Assembly (NCBI RefSeq): GCF_006345805.1
Contig: NC_043004.1
Location: 51,398,001 to 51,462,000, forward strand
Source: Octopus sinensis
Taxonomy: Eukaryota
Direction of reading: 5' to 3'
DNA: 64,000 bases
The translations under genes were made by a program, and so were the position numbers. Every line of letters starts with the position of its first letter. The stretch's first letter is position 1. The notes under the pieces were generated by a model. It ran no database searches and was not told the origin of the DNA. It worked only from the letters and a program-made list of their open reading frames with translations. This document shows, piece after piece, positions 12,642-25,217 of the stretch.

Positions 12642-13143
12642 TGCATGGTCGGGTCGTCGGCGACTAAACCGGCAACCCCACCAAGCTTGCTTGGTGAAGA
12701 GGGTGTTTATTGGACACCCAGTGGGAGGAAAAACAAAACCCGTCAAAGGGCGGAGGAACTCTTGAGAGTCAACGGCCATCCAATAAATATCTTAAGGCTG
12801 TATCATGCGCGGGGACATAGAAATAATCAGACTGAATACCCGATCGCGCGGTTAAACCATTGGGAGTGAAGGACTCCTAGCCTTTGTCAGGGCATCCTTC
12901 TAGGAGGAGGCAACTCACGTAACTGGGATAACTCCGACGTAAAACCTGCGGCTCAGTGGTTACCGATGATGTTGACTTGTTCTTCTTTTCGGATTATGGC
13001 TGCTGTTGCTTAGTGAGTGGGATTGACTCAGTGCACAGCCTTTCCTCACTTAAAAAAAAATCTTCTTGCACTGGCATTGCACGATAACAACATTGATTAA
13101 GCTTCGTGCAATGACCATACTCGATAGCGAGGGGGCAGCCACC
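12642..13143 (+). mobile_element. Non-autonomous RTE-derived element
   Basis: RTE 5'UTR-like motif agggcatccttctaggaggaggcaactc; RTE-like 3' end ggcagccacc followed by an (ATGT)n tail; no ORF. Confidence 0.55.
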
Positions 13144-13294
13144 ATGTATGTATGTATGTATGTATGTATGTATGTATGTATGTATGTATGTATGTATGTA
13201 TGTGTGTATGTATGTATGTATGTATGTATGAATATAGTACGAATGTACATCTCTCTGTCTGTCTGTTTCTCTCTCTCTCTCTCTCTCTCTCTCC

Positions 13295-13328
<34 letters not shown>

Positions 13329-13340
13329 GTATATATATAC

Positions 13341-13433
<93 letters not shown>

Positions 13434-13646
13434 ATTATGTGAAATAGAAAGATGAATAATCTTGTAGTAGATTAATCAAAAGTTTAACCGATACCTTAGT
13501 AGCAAAAATCACAGCAGTAAACGGCACGGTTGGAGGTACAACCATCAGGCGTTGCAACCGTGCGTTGGTGCGGATAATTGAAATTAAAACATTATTGGTG
13601 AATTGAAGAAATGGAGCTGAACGCAGATTGAACAGAAATCGTTTTA

Positions 13647-13734
13647 TTTCATTCTACACGTGTTTCGAAAGGCACAAATTACCAAAATCCGATTGAATAA
13701 TGGGACCATATTGTGTCTTTCTCTTCAGGAAGAA
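13647..13734 (-). ncRNA. Type I hammerhead ribozyme, inverted pLTR copy
   Basis: Mirror copy of 15434-15519. Confidence 0.8.
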
Positions 13735-13769
13735 AAAAGGAAATCCGTTGGAAAAACAAAAACAGAACA

Positions 13770-14777
13770 GAGGCAGATGGTTTGTAATCCCCTTTGGTAA
13801 GCAGATTAGAACTAACCTCCCCCTCATGTTTAGACAAGCCATCGCCAATAACTTCCCCAGAAATTCCAAATATTACTCCACGGTTAACTCACATAAAGTT
13901 AGGATAGCTTTCTCCAACACTAAAAACCTCGCCCAGATAATCGCCTCCCATATAATAGGCTACTTACTAAGACCCTATCACCTTTTTCCGGAGGCACACC
14001 TCTTCCGCCCCCGGTTTTAATGCTCAGTAGGAATAATTATAGTAGTAATAATGATATGAGAGCCAGTACAGTGACACATAATCTCAGCTCCAGCCAGGGA
14101 GTACCCGCTAGGGGTATAGTTATAAATAGGGGTGTTGTGGTTGACGGTAACAATGGGAGTAGGGTAGAGAGCCCCATTAGCATCCCCAGCATCATTTCCA
14201 CAATAGCAGTACCACGGGCAGTAGCAATGACAGCACTCTGATAGATAGTGGAGAATCAGGGGTTATTCCTATAGTTAATAGTGACGTAGTGGAAAATAGA
14301 GTAGTAAGCGGCTGCAGGTCTCGGAACGAATATAGTGACAGGAACGCAGTTCTAATTTCAGAAACCAATCCTAGCAGATTAAGATTCACGTCGGCGAACT
14401 CCAAGATCAAAAACGCCGTCTACCAATGCAAGGTTTACACGGACTCAGATGCCTTCACTTATGTAGGGGCATCATCCTCAAGATTGTCTTTGCGTGTCTC
14501 CAACCATTACGCAACTTTTCGGGACGTGAACAAGCGCCAGACCACGGGACTCAGTAAGCTAATATGGCGACTGAAGGATGCGAACTTAAGCTATAGGCTG
14601 GAATGGTCAATTTTGTCGGTGGCCCTCCCATTTGATAGGGGCAGAAGACAGTGCAACCTTTGTGTCTCCGAACTCTTCCATATTTTGTTTGCCAGAGGCC
14701 GGATGGTAAACGGGCTCTTACAGTCGGCTTTTCGATGCCCCCATTGGCGGCGTTACACTTATCTGGCCTTTAAATAG
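13770..14777 (+). pseudogene. Penelope-like ORF C-terminus: RT thumb region, linker and GIY-YIG endonuclease, two frameshifts
   Basis: WFVIPFGKQIRTNL...KVRIAFSNTKNLAQIIASH (PLE thumb-like); NAVYQC...TYVG...RVSNH...LEWSIL...CNLCVSE...CPH (GIY-YIG); frameshifts near 13951 and 14190. Confidence 0.85.
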
Positions 14778-15433
14778 CGTTTATAAATAATACCGGCACC
14801 CATAGCCCTTGGTAACAAATTCTGAAATAGCCTTTAAGATATCTACGATTAACCACTGCAAGGGGAATTACTCCTGTAAGACAAACGGGGCTTGGTTTTT
14901 TCACAGCGGGGGGTTTCCTTGACAAGGCAGGCTTAGATGAACACACACACACATAAAACATAATTGATTGATTGATTGATTCTAGTTTCAGCTTATGAGC
15001 TGTGGCCATGCTGAATATATATATAATTTTTTTATTTTTTTCTTTCTGCCACCCAACGGTTATCACGGCAGTAGCCACTGACAGCCGAACGATCAAACGC
15101 ACACACGTACACAAAAAATGTTTTCTACCCCTACGCCAACACACACATATATAGAACAGTATACACACACACACGTCTCTAAGTAGATTTTTTCTCGCCC
15201 CTTATAAAACATCCAATATTCTTTAAATAGTCAGAACTTTATTCTCGGTCACAAAGAACATCTATACACCCTCACCCACATGATTGACCGATGCCTGACC
15301 CGTTGAATTCTTCAGCCACCGGTTCTCAACATACACTGATAAACAGTTTCGCCATGGGCTCTTAGGAGCACAGTTCGATTTGGTTTTTGCTCCGCCTCTG
15401 TTCTGTTTTTGTTTGTCCAACGGATTTCCTTTT

Positions 15434-15519
15434 TTCTTCCTGAAGAGAAAGACACAATATGGTCCCATTATTCAATCGGATTTTGGTAATTTGTGCCTTT
15501 CGAAACACGTGTAGAATGA
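15434..15519 (+). ncRNA. Type I hammerhead ribozyme
   Basis: ttc-CTGAAGA-gaaagacaca...tgtgcctttc-GAAA-cacgtg-TA-gaa: full core, stem I ttc/gaa, long stem II, palindromic stem III. Confidence 0.85.
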
Positions 15520-15576
15520 AATAAAACGATTTCTGTTCAATCTGCGTTCAGCCATTTCTTCAATTCACCAATAATG

Positions 15577-15800
<224 letters not shown>

Positions 15801-16376
15801 TACAAAGTAAGATAGAATGGAATATCATTTATCCAATATACTGTTGGTAAAATACCCAAATTCTTAATACATAAATGTTTTTAATTGCAATGCAATTAAG
15901 TCATTTATTGTATTAAACGGGTGAAGATAAAGAAATATTTTTACCGTAAGTTTATAATACAAATAAGAAAATGGAGAAACAAATTTGGTTTGTTCATCAA
16001 CTTACGGATATCATAATGTTGGATTATTTATTCATTTTACAAAAGAGAACATCAGAAGCATACAAAAATATTATATAAATCAAGAGATAAGATAATAATA
16101 CAGATTTTAAGGCATAATATAAATTAATGAAATCCTAAAAATTACTTCCTACAGCTGTTTCAGCCTATGGTCAAAAGTAATTCTAATTTTCATTGCCTAT
16201 AGATGTCAACTTACTAAGGTTGTAGGTATTTAAAAAATATAATACATGGATTTTACAATTGAATTTGTTCGCTTTACGTGGATGTATAAAATGATAACTA
16301 TATTTTGATTGTCTGGTTTATATGCTTATACGCATGTAATTTTGTATGCATATATATGTATATGTATCAATAGGAA

Positions 16377-16760
16377 GGAAGCACTCCGTCGGTTCCGACG
16401 ACGAGGGTTCCGGTTGATCCGAATCAACGGAACAGCCTGCTCGTGAAATTAACGTGTAAGTGGCTGAGCACTCCACAGACACGGGTACCCTTAATGTAGT
16501 TCTCGGGGATATTCAGCGTGACACAGAGAGTGACAAGGCCGGCCCTTTGAAATACAGGTACAACAGAAACAAGAAGTAAGAGTGAGAGAAAGTTGTGGTG
16601 AAAGAGTACAGCAGGGATCACCACCATCCCCTGCCGGAGCCTCGTGGAGCTTTTAGGTGTTTTCGCTCAATAAACACTCACAACGCCCGGTCTGGGAATC
16701 GAAACCGCGATCCTATGACCGCGAGTCCGCTGCCCTAACCACTGGCCATTGCGCCTCCAC
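16377..16760 (-). mobile_element. SINE family C, full length
   Basis: tRNA-like head at 16760; body matches 38398-38708. Confidence 0.85.
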
Positions 16761-16765
16761 ATGTA

Positions 16766-16800
<35 letters not shown>

Positions 16801-17501
16801 GGGGGGGGGCGATTCCTGCTGTACTCTTTCGCCACAACTTTCTCTTTCTTCTTCTGTTGGCCTGCTCGCTTAGCCAGTGGGGTGGCGTTATTTTAAGGCT
16901 AAAACAATGCGAAGCGCATTGTGACCAGCGATGTGTAGCAACATCTGATAGGCTGGTCGGTCACGGTGATCACGGTGATATATATACATATATGCATATA
17001 TATATGTATATGTGTATGTTTGTTTACACACAAACACACACATATATATATACATGTACATATAAAGAGAAAAGAACATGGACACAACTTGGCACTTCTT
17101 TATCCAAAGTTGTTAGAAATGTTTCAGTATTCGGCTGCGTATGACGTTACAAGTAAGGCGCAGCTTATAGGAGAAAAATGAAGCAAGCGACGGTGAGGGT
17201 TTAATGCGATTAACATTAGAGCCGAAACGTATGAAGTTCAATTGTCGATCGTCGAGCGCGTCTAGTCGCACCTGCACAGACACGCGCGCGCGCATGCAAA
17301 TATGTATATATGTATGCGTGTATATTTTATTCTTTATTCTGTTACTCGTTTCAGCCTAAAGGCTGTGGACATGCTGGAGCACCGCCGGAAGTGACAGATA
17401 GGATTATAATTCTATTTACAAAATTTCAAACACTGCCGTTTTCTAAGTTATGCAGAATTCGTACGTACACACACTCGCATACACACACATACGCACGTAT
17501 A

Positions 17502-17572
<71 letters not shown>

Positions 17573-17764
17573 ATACACATGAATACATACTGGCAATCTG
17601 TAGACCATACTTTATGCAAATAGATCGCGGAAAGCCAAATTATTTGCGATATTCGAATTTTTTTTTCAGTTGGCCGGTTAATTGCAACAACAGTGACTTT
17701 TTCACCCACTGTTTACCTATGTCAGTGGCCACGGATTTTGTCTTGCAATGTAGTTTCCTAGCTG

Positions 17765-17816
17765 GTACTTGCTACTGACGAAGCTCATTAAAGCAGAAAT
17801 ACGCATCCAGCTGTAC
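17765..17816 (+). ncRNA. Degenerate minimal hammerhead motif
   Basis: gcta-CTGACGA-agctcattaaagca-GAAA-tacgca-TC-cagc; core intact, first pairs of stems I and II mismatched. Confidence 0.5.
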
Positions 17817-17927
17817 GATTTTCCTCTGCAACTGATATACTTTTGTGTTATTTAACTCTCTCTGTATTTCTCTCTTACTTTCTCACCCCTTTCACTCTAC
17901 GATGTACAAAGTGACTGAAGAATCAAA

Positions 17928-18440
17928 GGCGCGCGGCTTAGTGGTTACGGTATTCGGCTCACGATCGTAAAGTCGTGAGTTCAATTCCTGGCGCGCGTTC
18001 TGTCTTTCAGAAGACACTTTATTTCACGGTGCACCAGTCCACTCAGCTCGCAAAATGAGTTGCCCCTGACAAAATTAGTTGCAGCTGGCAAAACGAGTTG
18101 CATGGCTGTGGAGTGCTCAACCACTCGTACGTTAATTTCACGAGCAGGCTATTCCATTTATTGCGTCGATGGAACACTCGTCGTCGTAATCGACAGAGTG
18201 CCAGTTTAATACAGAGAGTGGAGGCGCGTGGCTTACTAGTTGCATTCGTGATTGTGGTTTTGAATCTTGGACCGGGCGATGCGTTGTGCTCATGAACAAA
18301 ACACTTCATTTCACGTTGCTCTAATACACTCAGTTAGCAAAAACGAATAATCCTGCGACTGACAGGCATCCCTTTCAGAGTGTTAGGGTTAATATATACT
18401 CCAGAGGATCTGGGAAACCAGCCTTATTAGTCCATGGCTC
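17928..18440 (+). mobile_element. Two diverged tRNA-headed SINEs
   Basis: Head ggcgcgcggcttagtggttacgg; shares gttaatttcacgagcaggct with family C. Confidence 0.65.
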
Positions 18441-18687
18441 GAAAAAGATATTTGATTCTTTTTTTCTTTATTTTTGATATTTAAAAATACCTAACTTGGG
18501 CTGAGAGATTCATCCGAAACTTTTGAACTCTCACACTCTTGTTACGTATGTTCAGCATGCTCGTCGCAAAGGACAGCACTGGACGGCACTGTGCCTTCAC
18601 TATTCAATGATGTGCCTTCAGATTTACAGTGATATACTCATTTCGAAACCCCAGTTTAGAATTATTACAAATTAATAACCATTAGTA

Positions 18688-19089
18688 GGCGCAGGAGTGG
18701 CTGTGTGGTAAGTAGCTTGTTTACCAACCACATGGTTCCGGGTTCAGTCCCACTGCGTGGCACCTTGGAGAAGTGTCTTCTACTATAGCCTCGGGCTGAC
18801 CAAAGCCTTGTGAGTGGATTTGGTAGACGGAAACTGAAAGAAGCCCGTCGTATATATGTATATATATATGAGCGTGTGTGTGTGTCTGTGTTTGTCCCCC
18901 TAGCATTGCTTAACAACCGATGCTGGTGTGTTTATGTCCCCGTTACTTAGCGGTTCAGCAAAAGAGACCGATAGAATAAGTACTGGGCTTACAAAAGAAT
19001 AAGTCCCCGGGATCGAGTTGCTCGATTAAAGGCGGTACTCCAGCATGGCCGAAGTCAAATGACTGAAACAAGTAAAAGAGTAAAAGAGT
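18688..19089 (+). mobile_element. SINE family A
   Basis: Full-length consensus copy. Confidence 0.9.
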
Positions 19090-19267
19090 ATCCAGAATAT
19101 TCTGAAGCACCCAGACCCCAAAACTTGGCAACGGGCATGATGTGTTGCATATAAACCTCAGCTCAATGCTTCCAGAATAATGCTGCACACAAGTTTTAGC
19201 AATCTGGCGGGGACCCGGCTGGTGTAGTAGAATCTTGCACGAAACTTTTGAAAGCATATGATAAATA

Positions 19268-19665
19268 ACTCTTTTACTCTTTGACTCTTACTTGTTTCAG
19301 TCATTTGACTGCGGCCATGCTGGAGCACTGCCTGTAGTCGAGCAAATCGACCCCAGGACTTATTCTTTGTAAGCCTAGTACTTATTCTATCGGTGTCTTT
19401 TGCCAAACCGCTAAGTTACGGGGACGTAAACATACCAGCGTCGGTTGTCAAGCGATGTTGGGGGGGGAGGGGGGTGACAAACACACACACACACACATAT
19501 ATATAAATATATATATGACGGGCTTCTTTAAGTTTCCGTCTACCAAATCCACTCACAAGGCTTTGGTTGGCCCAAGGCTATAGTAGAAGACACTTGCCCA
19601 AGGTGCCACGCAGTGGGACTGAACACGGAACCATGTGGTTCATAAGCAAGTTACTTACCACACAG
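19268..19665 (-). mobile_element. SINE family A
   Basis: Reverse-complement copy. Confidence 0.9.
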
Positions 19666-20001
19666 TAAGGCAACGTATTTTGAGGAAATCGGTTTAGTCG
19701 ATTACATAGTTCCCAGTCCTTGACAGGTACTCATTTTTTGATATACTGAAAGAATGAAAGTCATAAGTATTGGGCTCGGTGGGGTTTGAACTTAGAACGT
19801 TGAAGCCAAGAACATATACCGCGAAACATTTTGTCTCCTGCGCCTATAATTCGGCCAAATGAAACCATCTGAGTTCTGATCATAGGCATGATATCATAAA
19901 TATAGTGAGAAGGGAATTATCGATTACATCGACTCTAGTACTTGACTGATACTATTTTATCAACCCAGAAGAAATGACAGATAAAGTCGACTTCGGCAAT
20001 A

Positions 20002-20055
20002 TTTGTACGAAACGCTCATTTCGTTATTTATAACGAAATGAGCGTTTCGTACAAA
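20002..20055. repeat. Perfect hairpin with 26-bp arms
   Basis: tttgtacgaaacgctcatttcgttat-tt-ataacgaaatgagcgtttcgtacaaa. Confidence 0.9.
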
Positions 20056-20455
20056 GTTCTACTCTTTCTCGCCGTTCTTAGCAGAATATGTAGTGAATGA
20101 CAAATACGGATACATATGTATATGTGTGTCTGTCTGTCTATATATATCCGGTGCCCCAGCATGGCCGCAGTCTCAAGGCAGAAACAAAAGAATGAAGGGA
20201 TATATATGTACATACATACATACATGGGATATATATGTACATACATACATGTATACACACGAATACACACATACACTCCCACATGCAGAGAGAGAGAGAG
20301 GGGAAGAGAGAAAGAGAGAGGAGCGCGAGAGAATGCTGGCAAACATGTGACCTACATAAAACAGTTACCACCTCACTGTCAATGATAGAAACCAGAGAAT
20401 ATGCTGGCATATGACTACATTTGAAATATATTAAAAAAAGTTGCTTACAGCCAAT

Positions 20456-20529
20456 GGCCGGTTAGCTCAGTTGGTTAGAGCGTCGTGCTAATAACGCGAA
20501 TGTCGTGGGTTCGAGCCCCATACTGGCCA
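20456..20529 (+). tRNA. tRNA-Ile(AAT), intact
   Basis: 74-nt cloverleaf GGCCGGT...TCGTG-CTAATAA-CGCGA...GTGGG-TTCGAGC-CCCAT-ACTGGCCA; T-run terminator downstream. Confidence 0.95.
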
Positions 20530-20892
20530 AGTATGTATTTTTTTTTCCTTTTCCAATTTATGGTATACTTTAATTTTTGTTAGCATTTACAGTCTAATTC
20601 ATAAATCTCTATTTCACGTTGCGTGCATCGGTTTGTTACGTAACATGCAACAATGTGCAGCAGTTCTTCTGTAAGATATGAATTTGAATTGCCATAGTAA
20701 AGGGATGTTACTGTGATATTATTTATTACCATGAAGGGTGGTTGGTGGGCAGAAACATCAGAATGTCGAAGTAACACTTTGCTCTTTACATTCCGAGATC
20801 AGCTTTGCTCTTCACAAAAAAGGGGTTGATGTAACTGACTAACCACTTCCTAAATTAGAAACGATTATTTATTAACAAGGTCAATAAAGATT

Positions 20893-21477
20893 TGTAGTGG
20901 ATGCGTGGATGTATTAATAAATACATAAGTGCTTTGTAATAAATTAAAGATTTATTATCACTACATCAATTTGTAAGCAATGTTACACATCGCTTGTACA
21001 AAATGCATATTAAATAGTGGTTGCAAATAATACATATTAAAGGAATGCATAATACAGGATACACATTAAAGCAGAATATGTTTGATGGTGTGTGTGTGTG
21101 CGTGTGTGTAAATCATGCATGACAGAGTCACCTTTCTGATTATTCTTTCGTCGTCCTCATAAATGCGTGACGTTCTCTTAAACGTTGGTTCGGGTTCTCT
21201 CTAGATACCCATTTCTCCGTTCTATTTATAACATCTCAAATAGCCAGAAAAATAGATATACCGCAAGAGTGTTATTGCGTACAGTAGGTCGCTGGTCGTC
21301 CTGTTAAACTTCGCCTGACCTGCTCGGGTCAGAGGTCGAAGGGAGACGATCCATCATTTTTTGTCAGAACAAAGAGATTCTGATTTCGCGCCTTTTTGTG
21401 CATTGGTATTTTACGACCAATGATTCTTGGGTCTGATTTCGAATCCAAGCTTAGAGAAGGAAGTGCTAATTCTTACA
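20893..21477 (-). repeat. 3' LTR (585 bp)
   Basis: Direct repeat of 26187-26770; adjacent PPT agaaggggggtag on the minus strand at 21478-21490. Confidence 0.97.
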
Positions 21478-22049
21478 CTACCCCCCTTCTAGTGAGAAAG
21501 CCACAGAGATCGAACGATATTGGAATTGTATTATTATTATTATTTTATTTTATTTTTTTTTTTGATTGTGTGCATGTAGAAAAAAATTTTTTTTACACAT
21601 TGAACGATAAAAATATGCATGAAAGGTTTACAATTTGTGTGTGCTATATGGTGGGCAATATGTATATGTGCCCAGGCAGAATTATGTTGGCGCGTTGAAA
21701 GAGATGTGCGTCTATTGAGTACACTCGACCTACTAGGTCTAATAGAGGCAAGGTGTCTTTCAGTGGCGAAAAAATATCGAGTGATAGCACGCATGAGAAC
21801 AAGATTTGTAAATGTGTGTGGATATACAGTTAGCAAAAAAAATATATTTATGAGAAAGCAAACATTTTGAAGAGAAAACCAAAAAATATGTACATGCAAA
21901 AATGAAAGAATTGTTCATCGGCAAAGTTCGATTTTGAAATGTTCCGTAAAAGTTCATACAGACAGTTTTTGTTTTCATTTTTTTTTTTTTTCTTTACGTA
22001 CACAAATGTTCTTTGATTTCTCTGGGTGGGTGATGCAGTTATGTGTTCA

Positions 22050-25000
22050 TTAGGAAGATGGATACGTTAGGAGTTCAGAACTTACCCGAAAAACTTGCAC
22101 AAACCTTGCTGGCCATCGAACTGTTCTTCCTGATTTGGTGTGTCGGGGTTGTGCAGCATCTGTGGTGTTCGCTGGAGTTGCCGAGTCTGTTTGAGGAAAA
22201 GAGGGGACTGAATGTAAGTCCTCCTCGATGAAAGCTTTTTTTAAACGATCAATCGAGACCGTATTTCGTTTACCTCCAATATCGAGGACGAAATACTTGG
22301 GTTCTCTTTTGATGACCTTGTAGGGCCCGGAATATGGTGGTCGAAGTTGAGAGGGTATCCCATCATTCCTCACGAAGACATGAGTCCATGTGTTGATATC
22401 TTTTGGGACACGTGAAACGACGTTCTGTTGTCTGGGGCCTGAGGGTGATACTTGCGACATGGATGTTCGTAATCGGTGCACATATTGTTGTGGGTCAGGG
22501 AAGTTTTGTGAAACAGGTTCGATCATCTGCCCAGGTAAGGTGAGTGTTGTGCCATAAACGAGTTCGGCCGGAGTATATCCCAGTTCTTCCTTAATCGTGG
22601 ATCGAATTCCAAGGAGGATGAGAGGGAGATGTTCCAACCAGTGAGAACTGTCTGGAGCAGCTTTTATAGATGCCTTGAGTTGGCGGTGAAAGCGTTCCAC
22701 CATGCCATTTGCTGCAGGGTGGTAAGCTGTAGTGCGGGTGTGTTTACACCCGAGGAGACGAGTCAGCTCGGTGAAAAGGTGGGAATCGAACTGACGTCCT
22801 CTGTCGGTGGTAATTGTTGCGGGTGTGCCAAAACGCGAAACCCATTGTGATATCAGCGTTTTAGCGACCGTTTCTGCTGATATATCAGATAGGGGCCAGG
22901 CTTCGGGCCATCGCGAGAACCTATCTACGCAAGTTAGCAAATATGAATAGTTCTGCGAAGGTGGCAGGGGTCCAACGATATCAATGTGAACGTGCTGAAA
23001 TCGTGCATTGGGCTGCGAAAATGAACCGATTGGTGATTTTATGTGCCGGTGGATTTTCGCTTTTTGGCACGCAACACAGCACTTGGTCCATTCTCTGATA
23101 TCCTTGTTGATACTGGTCCACACAAAACGGGTCGATATTAGCTTTTGAGTGGAGCGAATACCAGGATGTGACAGAGAATGTAGAGCGGAGAAAACTTCTC
23201 GACGATATTTCTGTGGTACATAAGGGCGTTGGTAACCAGTGGAAATATCACACCAAATATGGGCTGTGGATGATGGTAGTGGAACATGCTGAAATTTCAG
23301 AGATGACGAATTCCGGAGCTTTAGAAGTTCTTCGTCATTCTCCTGGTCAGCTGCTATACGTGCCAGATCAATTGTAGACGTGGTGTGGATAGCATTGATC
23401 TGCGCACGTGAAAGTGCATCGGCTGCCACGTTGGTCGTCCCTTTGATGTGGCGTATATCCGTCGTGTACTGCGATATGAAGTCGAGGTGGCGTATTTCTC
23501 TTGGCGAATGGCGATCCGGTTTGGTGTTAAATGCGTATACTAATGGCTTGTGGTCGGTATATATGGCAAAATTGGTACCTTCTAGCATATGACGGAAATG
23601 CTTAACGGGCAGGTATGCCGCCAATAATTCCCGACTGAATGTGCTGTATTTGGTTTCCGCGGGTTTTAACCGCTTAGAAAAGAAAGACAACGGTTGCCAT
23701 ATACCGTCAACAAGCTGTTGTAGCACACCTCCGATTCCGGAATCGGATGCATCAACGAGTAAACATCGTGGGGCGTCTGGTTTTGGATAAACCAACATGG
23801 TAGCGCTAGATAACGCTTTTTTCAGGGCAGCGAAAGAAACGAGTTGATCTTCGGTCAGAGCTATATCTGCATTTTTGCAGGTTCGCTGACGTAGCAAATC
23901 CGTGAGCGGTTGCGCTATTTCAGCGAGGTGGGGCACGAACCGTCGATAGAAATTCGCTAGACCGAGATATTCCCTTAATTTGCGGAGAGATGTGGGTGGT
24001 GGAAAATCCACGATGGCCTTGACTTTCTCGGGAAGGGGACGAATTCCATTTTTATCGACTATATGGCCGAGAAAATGAAGGGAAGCAACTCCGAACAAAC
24101 ATTTAGTAGGGTTGATAACAATTCCGAATTTACATAAACGTTCGAATAGCAGGTGAAGGTGTTGATTATGCTCTTCGTCCGAGTTACTGGCCACGAGTAT
24201 GTCGTCTATGTAGGCATAGACGAAAGGCAAACCTCTAGTCACCATGTCGATAAACCTTTGGAATGTCTGTGCCGCGTTTCGTAAACCGAAAGGCATACGC
24301 AGGAATTCAAACATTCCGAAAGGTGTAGTCACTGCTGTCTTTGAGATGTCTGCAGGTTCGACTGGGATTTGGTTGTATGCTCGCACCAGGTCGATTTTTG
24401 AAAAGATGCGAGCTCCATGCAGCGAGCTCGAAAAGTCCTGAAGAAAAGGCACCGGATAGGCATCACTGATAGTGCTTTTATTCAGTGATCGATAATCGCC
24501 GCAAACCCGCCAATCGGTCGATGATTTTTTTGGGACGCAGTGTATCGGCGAGGACCAGTTGCTGCTGGAAACGCGGATGATTCCGAGGTCGAGCATGTGC
24601 TGGAATTCCCGCTTGACGGCCTGGAGACGATCAGGTGGTAACCTTCTGGGCCTTGCAGCAACAGGTGGACCGCTGGTTTTGATGTGGTGGGTAACGTCGT
24701 GCTTTATCGGCTGGTTATGAAAAACTGGCCGGGTGACATCTGGATAATCATTCAGGATGGAACTGTGACGAGTCGTTGTCGTAAGCATTACAGTTGGGCT
24801 GACTGTGTCCATTCGAGCGGCTATACCGCGCACAGTAAGCTTGGTGGTGGTGTCGACAAGTCGTCTGTTCTTTATGTCTACCAGGAGACCGAAATGATGC
24901 AGGAAATCGGCTCCTAAGATAGGGGTCGGCAGTTTAGCGACGACGAATACCCACTGAAATGTGCGGCGTAGTCCTATGTTTAATGTTAGGGACTGTTCAC

Positions 25001-25217
25001 CGTAGGTTGGAATGGGTGAATGGTTGACTGCCTGAAGACAGACTGATGTCTCTTTTATTTTTCCAGAAGTGTTGGAGACTGGGATGATGCTGACTTCCGC
25101 ACCTGTGTCAACCAGGAAACGCGTGCCTGTTACACGATCGCAAACGAAAAACAGGCGACTGTGTGGGTGCGAACCAGGAACTTCCGTCGCGTTCAATTCC
25201 TGGCTGTGCCGTTTCCC
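22050..25217 (-). CDS. pol: Pol polyprotein (protease, RT, RNase H, integrase), reached by -1 frameshift from gag
   Basis: LVDTGA; MPFGL and YIDD; DASD...ELLA...TDH; HHCC zinc finger, D-D35-E integrase core, GPY motif; no internal stops (ORF track 22050-25292). Confidence 0.97.
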   Translation of the reverse strand, partial: GKRHSQELNATEVPGSHPHSRLFFVCDRVTGTRFLVDTGAEVSIIPVSNTSGKIKETSVCLQAVNHSPIPTYGEQSLTLNIGLRRTFQWVFVVAKLPTPILGADFLHHFGLLVDIKNRRLVDTTTKLTVRGIAARMDTVSPTVMLTTTTRHSSILNDYPDVTRPVFHNQPIKHDVTHHIKTSGPPVAARPRRLPPDRLQAVKREFQHMLDLGIIRVSSSNWSSPIHCVPKKSSTDWRVCGDYRSLNKSTISDAYPVPFLQDFSSSLHGARIFSKIDLVRAYNQIPVEPADISKTAVTTPFGMFEFLRMPFGLRNAAQTFQRFIDMVTRGLPFVYAYIDDILVASNSDEEHNQHLHLLFERLCKFGIVINPTKCLFGVASLHFLGHIVDKNGIRPLPEKVKAIVDFPPPTSLRKLREYLGLANFYRRFVPHLAEIAQPLTDLLRQRTCKNADIALTEDQLVSFAALKKALSSATMLVYPKPDAPRCLLVDASDSGIGGVLQQLVDGIWQPLSFFSKRLKPAETKYSTFSRELLAAYLPVKHFRHMLEGTNFAIYTDHKPLVYAFNTKPDRHSPREIRHLDFISQYTTDIRHIKGTTNVAADALSRAQINAIHTTSTIDLARIAADQENDEELLKLRNSSSLKFQHVPLPSSTAHIWCDISTGYQRPYVPQKYRREVFSALHSLSHPGIRSTQKLISTRFVWTSINKDIREWTKCCVACQKAKIHRHIKSPIGSFSQPNARFQHVHIDIVGPLPPSQNYSYLLTCVDRFSRWPEAWPLSDISAETVAKTLISQWVSRFGTPATITTDRGRQFDSHLFTELTRLLGCKHTRTTAYHPAANGMVERFHRQLKASIKAAPDSSHWLEHLPLILLGIRSTIKEELGYTPAELVYGTTLTLPGQMIEPVSQNFPDPQQYVHRLRTSMSQVSPSGPRQQNVVSRVPKDINTWTHVFVRNDGIPSQLRPPYSGPYKVIKREPKYFVLDIGGKRNTVSIDRLKKAFIEEDLHSVPSFPQTDSATPANTTDAAQPRHTKSGRTVRWPARFVQVFRVSSELLTYPSS
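25155..25217 (-). promoter_or_regulatory. -1 programmed ribosomal frameshift signal
   Basis: G GGA AAC slippery heptamer in the gag frame, 5-nt spacer, 11-bp stem, loop gcgac complementary to downstream gtcgc. Confidence 0.8.

Noticed and set aside
6559-13442. Many YIYI/CVCV/THTH ORFs and recurring [22 protein letters not shown] peptides
   Set aside because: Products of dinucleotide repeats and non-coding SINE family A
16145-16170. Minus-strand GAAACAGCTGTA hammerhead half
   Set aside because: No CTGANGA partner found upstream
21396-21978. Short ORFs between pol and the 3' LTR as a possible env or accessory gene
   Set aside because: Short, AT-rich, with no recognisable motif
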